IMG/VR virus record: IMGVR_UViG_3300023049_000005
Span: 1-64,000 of that record
Strand: one strand, 5' to 3'
Length of the DNA: 64,000 bases
In this document: positions 58,145 to 64,000 of the stretch, one piece after another
Layout: each line of letters opens with the position of its first letter
How positions within the stretch are numbered: position 1 is the first letter of the stretch
Translations under genes and position numbers: made by a program
Notes under the pieces: model-generated
Told to the model about the DNA's origin: nothing
Seen by the model: only the letters and a program-made list of their open reading frames with translations
Databases searched by the model: none

Positions 58145-58646
58145 TTAGTTCTATAACATCTTCAGAATATTTATATCTTAATTTTTTATATAAATCTTGA
58201 AACTCTTCGATAAGATTTTTATCTACGTTTTTATCTAACTCACTATCATTAAAATATATCTCATATATTACATGACCATGACCATTTACTTTATATGAAA
58301 TGAAAAATGATTCTTCTGAAAAAGAACATACAATCCCACCTTGTCTTAGGTGATAACTATCACCCTCTTTTCCGAATTCTAAATTACTAGGATTATTTAT
58401 AAATAAACTGATTAAACGATTAGTTTGTTTTATTATTTCATCAGCGATAGGTTTCTCTCTCATCTCAGTGGTTGAAATATATTGAGTTCTAAAATCAGTG
58501 TAGAATCCACCCGAAGATACTGCCATAGTGACATCATCAGATTGGAATCCCCACATCATCAGCTTTCTGAGTTCGGAAAGAAGTTTATTATTCTTTTTAA
58601 TATATTTATTAATCCTTTTGGTGTACTTTTCTTTAAGTTCATTCAT
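58125..58646 (-). CDS. hypothetical protein
   Basis: 173 aa ORF. Confidence 0.7.
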   Translation of the reverse strand: MNELKEKYTKRINKYIKKNNKLLSELRKLMMWGFQSDDVTMAVSSGGFYTDFRTQYISTTEMREKPIADEIIKQTNRLISLFINNPSNLEFGKEGDSYHLRQGGIVCSFSEESFFISYKVNGHGHVIYEIYFNDSELDKNVDKNLIEEFQDLYKKLRYKYSEDVIELIRQKMH

Positions 58647-59199
58647 CTTCCAAGAAATCTAAGTTATTTAAAAATTCGGATCTAGATAATTTAGTCTTTT
58701 TTATAATAAAATCGAAACTCTTTATAACATCTTGTTTCTTTAATTTAGTATATTCCTCCTTTAATTTATCTATATAATTATTGATCTTATCTACGTCTAT
58801 TCCATCTAGTATTATTTCTTCATCTTTGATTACTAAGTTTATGACACCATTTCCTTTTTCCATTGTTATATGAATCCCCCACTCTGCTTTGGTAATAGAA
58901 TTAGGATCTTTTTCGAGATCCAAGAATATATTGGTTTTATGTATATCTTCGTGGTGATAGAAATTTATATCCATAACATCCTCTAATTCATTATTGAGTT
59001 GCCTTTCTATTAAGTTGAATACAGTTTCTACAAAAAAGGTATTTTCATCTTCTGTTAAATCTTCATAGAAATTATAATCATTAAAAACTAAGTCAGTCTT
59101 TCTTTCTGTTATGAGATTCTTATACATATCTTCTAACATATTAGACATCTTCTTTTGTTTCTTGGATATCTTTTTGAGTTCTTTTATTTCTTTTAGCAT
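58639..59199 (-). CDS. hypothetical protein
   Basis: 186 aa; weak C-terminal tag RSEFLNNL. Confidence 0.7.
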   Translation of the reverse strand: MLKEIKELKKISKKQKKMSNMLEDMYKNLITERKTDLVFNDYNFYEDLTEDENTFFVETVFNLIERQLNNELEDVMDINFYHHEDIHKTNIFLDLEKDPNSITKAEWGIHITMEKGNGVINLVIKDEEIILDGIDVDKINNYIDKLKEEYTKLKKQDVIKSFDFIIKKTKLSRSEFLNNLDFLEDE

Positions 59200-59214
59200 A
59201 ACTTTTATTGAATT

Positions 59215-59246
59215 AAAAAGGGAGAACTAATTTAGCTCTCCCTCTT
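59215..59246 (-). terminator. intrinsic terminator
   Basis: AGGGAGA...TCTCCCT stem with a T tract on the minus strand. Confidence 0.65.
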
Positions 59247-59272
59247 ATATAATATATTTAGAATTTGTTTAA

Positions 59273-59815
59273 TTAAAGTGGTAAATCTTCATCACTTTCT
59301 TCTGATTCTTCTTCATCAGCTTCGTCAGCAACTTCTTCTTCTTCCTCAGGAATTTCTTCAAACATTCCGTCTTCTGTGTCGTCTTGTGGTAATTCAACGT
59401 CTTCTTCTTCCTCAGTTTCTTCTTCCTCAGCGTCTTCTTCCTCAGTTTCTTCCATCTCAATACCTTCTTCTGAAACCTCAGCGTCTTCTTCTTCTACCGA
59501 TACTTCCTCAGCATCATCTTCCATTTCTTCGTCAACGTTAATTAAGATATCCATTGGTAAAGTATCACCGTCAGCGTTTTCACCTACGATGTAATTTATG
59601 ATCATTGAAGCGATTGTTTCTTCGCTAAATTGTTTTCTAACGTCTTTCTTAGCTTCTTTCTTGATCTTAGATATTAATTTGTTTACCACACTTCTTTTAA
59701 GTTCGATACCGTTCACGATGAACTTATCTCCCATAGGTACAACCGACTCATTTAAGTTAGCTTCCCCTGTTCTTTTTTCTCTAAAGTCAGTAAATTTTTT
59801 TATAAAATTTGGCAT
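59273..59815 (-). CDS. protein with very acidic C-terminus, possible prohead core/internal protein
   Basis: MPNFIKKFTDF..NLNES; long E/D tail. Confidence 0.7.
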   Translation of the reverse strand: MPNFIKKFTDFREKRTGEANLNESVVPMGDKFIVNGIELKRSVVNKLISKIKKEAKKDVRKQFSEETIASMIINYIVGENADGDTLPMDILINVDEEMEDDAEEVSVEEEDAEVSEEGIEMEETEEEDAEEEETEEEEDVELPQDDTEDGMFEEIPEEEEEVADEADEEESEESDEDLPL

Positions 59816-59876
59816 AATATTGTAATATTTTTCTATTATTATATATTAACTATAAAAACTAGTTTTTTCTCTTTTT

Positions 59877-60518
59877 TTATAGGAATATTATAATCATAAC
59901 CACAAATCCGATAGTACCTAATGCACCACCTTTGCTAAATAGTTTTAATTTCTTGTTCTCTTTTTCTAAATTAGAAATCTGCTTATCTTTATTAGCATCT
60001 ATTTCGCCTTGTTTAGCTTCTGATTCTTTGTATTTCTCAATGATCTTATATAATTGAGATATTTCTTGGTCTTTATCACCACTCTTACCTTCTAACACTT
60101 CTATCTTATTCTCATACTCTACTAACTTATTCTCTAAGTTATCTATGATCTGTATATAAGACGAATTCTCTAAGCCATACTTCTCGATCACCTTTTCCAT
60201 TAATTCTACTATTCTATATGTATTATTAATATTTTGCATATCAGACTTAGTGAAAGTAAAATATAATTCCCCATCTTCTGTGATCATAGCATCTCCTACC
60301 TTATCCCCATCGATATCTAATATCAATGTTTCTTTGATATACATCACTTCTGCTTCTTTGACTAATCTTTCAGTGTCGTCATTTAAAACAAGGTTAATAG
60401 AATCACTACCAACTATAATAGTATTACTATCGTTTCTAGTAGTATCACTAACTTGTGTGATAGCTAAAGAACTAAAGGATATCATTAATAGACTTATTAT
60501 TGTTAATATTCTTTTCAT
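59877..60518 (-). CDS. exported coiled-coil protein with C-terminal TM anchor
   Basis: Signal peptide MKRILTIISLLMISFSSLA, heptad region, hydrophobic C-terminus. Confidence 0.7.
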   Translation of the reverse strand: MKRILTIISLLMISFSSLAITQVSDTTRNDSNTIIVGSDSINLVLNDDTERLVKEAEVMYIKETLILDIDGDKVGDAMITEDGELYFTFTKSDMQNINNTYRIVELMEKVIEKYGLENSSYIQIIDNLENKLVEYENKIEVLEGKSGDKDQEISQLYKIIEKYKESEAKQGEIDANKDKQISNLEKENKKLKLFSKGGALGTIGFVVMIIIFL

Positions 60519-60916
60519 TTCCCCATTCTTTTTTGTGTATCTTTAATAAGATCATATGAATCATCCATTATAGTAGGGTTCTTCTTAAACTCTTCTAATT
60601 CGTTCTCAGCTTTTATTCTATCTCTCTTATTAGTTTCGAGTCTATTTTGTAACGCTTTATTTTTCTTATCTAAATTGGATATCGCTTCATTTAGCTCGTT
60701 TTCTCTTTCGATCCAATACTTCGCCCTCTTATCAAATATTGATAAACTATCTACTAATTGATCTATTTCGTTCTGTATCATTTCTTTTTCTTTAACTAAT
60801 ACAGCGTTTTCTTGTTTCAGTTCTTGATTAGGATCGGGATCTTTATCAAATATGATAAAGTATGCCAATGCAGCACCAAGTATTATTATAATTATCTGAT
60901 TTAAATTTAATTTCAT
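60515..60916 (-). CDS. N-terminal TM plus coiled-coil protein (i-spanin-like architecture)
   Basis: IIIIILGAALAYFIIF then coiled coil; late box upstream. Confidence 0.6.
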   Translation of the reverse strand: MKLNLNQIIIIILGAALAYFIIFDKDPDPNQELKQENAVLVKEKEMIQNEIDQLVDSLSIFDKRAKYWIERENELNEAISNLDKKNKALQNRLETNKRDRIKAENELEEFKKNPTIMDDSYDLIKDTQKRMGK

Positions 60917-60960
60917 GACTTATATATAAACTTTTTCGTTTCTAATACTATTATATTAAT

Positions 60961-61356
60961 ATGAAAGATAAAGTTTATTGTACCACAAGAGAACAAAAAA
61001 ATAGACAAATAATGGAAAACTCATTAAATGCCAAATATTTAAATATCATTAAGAAGTGTAGGTTTGTACCTAAGCCCGATGAGTGGTTTGTAGAAGGTGA
61101 GACATGTAACTTTATTGGTGTACCCTTCGGTAATTATGAAAAAGAATATAAATTCCACGACAAAGCAGGATATTTTGAAGGTTTGACCAATGAGACATTC
61201 ACAGGATATACAGGCGACTTATCAAGAATGGATGGAGAAACTTGTGTTTTTGAAGAATTTTATATCTACGATGAATATGATAATGAAATATCAGAACTAA
61301 CTTTAGAAGAATATATTGTATTACTTAGGGATCAGATAATTGATTACTTAGTCTGA
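60961..61356 (+). CDS. hypothetical protein with C-terminal RDxxID tag
   Basis: Ends RDQIIDYLV. Confidence 0.7.
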   Translation: MKDKVYCTTREQKNRQIMENSLNAKYLNIIKKCRFVPKPDEWFVEGETCNFIGVPFGNYEKEYKFHDKAGYFEGLTNETFTGYTGDLSRMDGETCVFEEFYIYDEYDNEISELTLEEYIVLLRDQIIDYLV

Positions 61357-62042
61357 GCTTGTTTTAATTGGTTAATCCATTTACTTTTCTTGGGTCTACC
61401 AAAGATCTGACGATCTCCGTAAGCAGGATAATAGGTTTGTACTTCGAAATCGAAACTCATTTTAACTAAGTCTTCTTCACCCATAGAGAAATCTCTTATA
61501 ATTTCAATATTATTTTCCTCAGGGAATGTAGCTACTGCATCAATATACATAAAATTATATTCAAAGAACATATGATCATAAAACATTAATGCGTTCATAA
61601 TAGACTCAGATGCTTTAAACGTATCCAATTCACTTCCTAATAAAAGAGTCCCACTAAACTTCGCAGATATAGGCATTGCTCTAACTTTAGTTAATACTTT
61701 TCTAATTTCTTCTGAATCTTCAATCACTTGTTGTAACCATATATTAGGGTTAGCGAACTCTGACCCTTTGATGTTCCAACTATCTAATGTGATATGCATT
61801 CTTGGTATTACATCAGTGTTCATATCTAATTTTCTAGCATCCCCTAATATATCATCTGAGAAACTATCTAATAAATAATCATCGTTTTTACCACTTAATG
61901 AATAGTAAACGGGGATATCAACTTGTACTTCCCCATCTGAGAAGTTATTGACCCATCCTATTCTTTCTTCCATCATTGCTAATGTGCATATAGTGAGATC
62001 CCTAAAGAAAACATCATCATAATTAAATTTCTTTCCTATCAT
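61344..62042 (-). CDS. tail sheath stabilizer/terminator, T4 gp15-like
   Basis: IPVYY, IPRM, ..F.FEVQTYYP pattern; late box upstream. Confidence 0.6.
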   Translation of the reverse strand: MIGKKFNYDDVFFRDLTICTLAMMEERIGWVNNFSDGEVQVDIPVYYSLSGKNDDYLLDSFSDDILGDARKLDMNTDVIPRMHITLDSWNIKGSEFANPNIWLQQVIEDSEEIRKVLTKVRAMPISAKFSGTLLLGSELDTFKASESIMNALMFYDHMFFEYNFMYIDAVATFPEENNIEIIRDFSMGEEDLVKMSFDFEVQTYYPAYGDRQIFGRPKKSKWINQLKQAQTK

Positions 62043-62122
62043 GTACTATATATAATTTTTTTGATCTTATCTAAACAATATTAGATCTCTTTAATATATA
62101 TTGTTAAAACCTTTATAAACAA

Positions 62123-62590
62123 TTGGAAAGAAAATGGGATAATATAGAATATGTTTTTCTTAAAAAGAAAAAAGCTAATGGTTTTCCTAATGGTCGAGAG
62201 ATCGGGGAAAAGCTAAAGGTTCTTGGTGTGTCCTATAGTAAGAACTATACATGTTTAATAATTAAAGGCAATAAAAATAATAACGATAGTTTCAAAATTC
62301 ATGAATCTTATGTAGATAATATAGCTGAGAAAAGAAATGATACTATTGTTTCCATCTTAACAGAAGGTCTAATATATTATTCTGATCATAAAAGACATCT
62401 AATTTGTTATCCGTATAGTATAGAGAATCTACATCTAATGGCAGAAGATTTACAGATAAACAATTGTTGGTTTCACAAAGATCATTATGATATACCCAAA
62501 AGAAGGATATCAGAGATAGCAAAAAAGACGGTGAATATTAGTAGTAAAGATATCGTAAGAATAATAAATGGAGAAAAATTATTTGTTTGA
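62123..62590 (+). CDS. two-domain protein with C-terminal DUF4031-like domain
   Basis: HL....IENLHLMA..L.I..CWFH.DHYDIP; RNDTIVSIL at the domain junction. Confidence 0.55.
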   Translation: MERKWDNIEYVFLKKKKANGFPNGREIGEKLKVLGVSYSKNYTCLIIKGNKNNNDSFKIHESYVDNIAEKRNDTIVSILTEGLIYYSDHKRHLICYPYSIENLHLMAEDLQINNCWFHKDHYDIPKRRISEIAKKTVNISSKDIVRIINGEKLFV

Positions 62591-62731
62591 TTTCTTGATA
62601 AGATCAATGAGTGAATAAACACAATCCCCCTCATATCTTTTCTTGTCCATCCTAGATATAGCCACGGCTATTTTATCTTCATAATATACATCAAAGACTT
62701 CGCCTTCTACATTTATTCTAATATTTCCCAT
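62579..62731 (-). CDS. 50-aa microprotein (not in ORF track)
   Basis: MGNIRINVEGEVFDVYYEDKIAVAISRMDKKRYEGDCVYSLIDLIKKSNK; TAATATATA-N4-ATG. Confidence 0.55.
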   Translation of the reverse strand: MGNIRINVEGEVFDVYYEDKIAVAISRMDKKRYEGDCVYSLIDLIKKSNK

Positions 62732-62748
62732 GGTCTATATATTACAGA

Positions 62749-62901
62749 TTAACAACCACAAAGTCTAATTTTTTGTATAAGATTCCAAGTACAGTTAGCT
62801 GTATATTCCTCACTTGTTTCGGGATCTTTTGCTGTGATACTATCAGAAGTTTCTTCTGATATTTCGTATATCTTATTATCTATGGTTATGCTAATTGTCA
62901 T
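62749..62901 (-). CDS. 50-aa microprotein (not in ORF track)
   Basis: MTISITIDNKIYEISEETSDSITAKDPETSEEYTANCTWNLIQKIRLCGC. Confidence 0.55.
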   Translation of the reverse strand: MTISITIDNKIYEISEETSDSITAKDPETSEEYTANCTWNLIQKIRLCGC

Positions 62902-62914
62902 ATCTTTATTGTTT

Positions 62915-63196
62915 TTAATCGGCATCTTCTATAGTAACAGAAAGACCCTGAGCTTGTAATTTTAATTTGATTTTCTTTAAATGGTCATCACTACCCTCAC
63001 ATACTCTAGTCTTTCCTTTATAGTGGACTTGTAACGTATGCTGCCATGCTGTTTCTTTATCCATCTTACAGATTTTGATAAGACAGCTATGTACGTGATC
63101 GAACGTATTGTAGTCATCGTTGTGTAGAATCACAACCTTTGGTCTACCCGTACTATCTTTAGTCTTTGACTTCTTTTTGGTAATTGTCTTTTCCAT
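62915..63196 (-). CDS. clpS: Clp protease adaptor ClpS
   Basis: VILHNDDYNTFDHV..CL, TLQVHYKGK. Confidence 0.88.
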   Translation of the reverse strand: MEKTITKKKSKTKDSTGRPKVVILHNDDYNTFDHVHSCLIKICKMDKETAWQHTLQVHYKGKTRVCEGSDDHLKKIKLKLQAQGLSVTIEDAD

Positions 63197-63230
63197 AACT
63201 TAATATATATTACAAAAGTAATTAAAAAAA

Positions 63231-63647
63231 ATGAAATTCATAAAAAAGATCAACGAATATTATAATAGTAGTGAACATTACTCACATAGTGATGAATATG
63301 GCTCAATAGAAGGCATAGTACATTATGATGAAGAAAAGGTGAGAAATAGATTTAGTAAAATGAGAGTTGATCCAAATGATTATATAGATGAGTTATTTTA
63401 CCCTGTTGCTTTTTTAAATAATATCAATATTAATGAAGAACATAGAAACAAAGGAGTTGGTGGTGCTATGTACTTTGATTTCGAATCTTTTTGTGAATTC
63501 AATGGGATAGAAAATATTGTATTAGAAGCCGATTTATTAGAAGCACAACAGGAAGGATTCGACCTGACTAAATGGTATAAGAAATTAGGTTTCGAAACAA
63601 TAGGGGAAACTAGCGACAATCCTATTATGGTCAAGTATTTAAGTTAA
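63231..63647 (+). CDS. GNAT-family acetyltransferase with capsid-targeting-like motif
   Basis: INEEHRNKGVG (motif A), WYKKLGF; starts MKFIKKINE. Confidence 0.75.
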   Translation: MKFIKKINEYYNSSEHYSHSDEYGSIEGIVHYDEEKVRNRFSKMRVDPNDYIDELFYPVAFLNNININEEHRNKGVGGAMYFDFESFCEFNGIENIVLEADLLEAQQEGFDLTKWYKKLGFETIGETSDNPIMVKYLS

Positions 63648-64000
63648 GGAACATCTTATTCAATTCTTTTTTATAATCAGAATATCGAATTACTATTGAA
63701 AACTTGAATGTCGCAGGATTTACATAATATATATCTCTTATAGAATATTTTGATAAATCTCTACGAAATATCATAAAATTCTCATAAGTTATCTTCTCTA
63801 AGCAGATAGAATTATATTTATACTGAAAATAATCAGTATGATCAAACTCAATATTATATATCTCTGAATAATTTTCTATACGGACAGTATACTTAAACTC
63901 AAATGTTATATCCTCAATATCCTCAAGATATTTCTCATCTAAATCGCTACTTTTTCTTGAGATAGTGCCATCTTTTTTATGTATAACTATGGTTTTCTTA
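63631..64000 (-). CDS. hypothetical protein, 5'-truncated by the window edge
   Basis: Open frame from the window end to TGA at 63631-63633 (..IRYSDYKKELNKMFLNLNT). Confidence 0.6.
   Translation of the reverse strand, partial: KKTIVIHKKDGTISRKSSDLDEKYLEDIEDITFEFKYTVRIENYSEIYNIEFDHTDYFQYKYNSICLEKITYENFMIFRRDLSKYSIRDIYYVNPATFKFSIVIRYSDYKKELNKMFLNLNT

Noticed and set aside
59280-59530. 15-bp-like repeats as a DNA element
   Set aside because: Explained by the low-complexity EEEDA/EEETE coding tract
168-63634. Numerous antisense ORFs in the track (e.g. 168..512, 2139..2522, 17582..17893, 43690..44199, 48931..49290, 59278..59825)
   Set aside because: They are shadows of well-supported opposite-strand genes, with no motifs or promoters
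1-64000. NCLDV (giant eukaryotic virus) origin, suggested by the fused Top2 and ankyrins
   Set aside because: gp25- and gp15-like tail genes, UvsW, gp44-like loader, bacterial-type DnaK/ClpP/ClpS/FolD, overlapping operons and Bacteroidota promoters indicate a tailed phage
1-64000. Stop-codon reassignment as in some megaphages
   Set aside because: Conserved genes are full length in the standard code with high coding density; TAG and TGA both end genes at sensible positions
1-64000. Bacterial chromosome segment
   Set aside because: Housekeeping-like genes are isolated among phage replication and virion genes and lack their usual operon partners
1-64000. tRNA, rRNA or intron genes
   Set aside because: Intergenic gaps are short and no cloverleaf or intron-like stretch was recognisable by eye; tRNAscan-SE or Infernal would be needed to exclude them

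Overview
A 64 kb, very AT-rich, gene-dense segment of a large T4-like (jumbo/mega) myophage genome using the standard genetic code. The host is most likely Bacteroidota, based on TAnnTTTG -7 promoters, Bacteroidota-like DnaK/ClpP/ClpS and a CarboxypepD_reg-like gene. Replication genes: single-chain type IIA topoisomerase, UvsW-like helicase, clamp-loader subunit and only the N-terminal half of a family B DNA polymerase. Virion genes: gp25-like baseplate, gp15-like tail protein and a 2688-aa structural protein. Accessory genes: FolD, PncB, NadD, Nudix, PhoH, DnaK, Hsp20, ClpP, ClpS, TelA, MoxR-VWA, two DNA MTases and ankyrin proteins. Main structure the annotation does not explain: (1) an integron-type attC cassette array at 17-1681 with the staggered R'/R'' complementarity of real cassettes; (2) two mutually exclusive peptide tags, an N-terminal T4 capsid-targeting-like motif on ~13 mostly late proteins and a C-terminal R[DE]xxI[DNK]xLL motif on nine unrelated early/middle proteins; (3) four promoter classes, including a late WATATATA box exactly 4 nt before 16 start codons and a sigma54-type promoter plus operator shared by hsp20 and dnaK; (4) slippage-type frameshifts in an ankyrin gene and a probable virion gene. 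All calls come from reading motifs by eye; no database searches were run.
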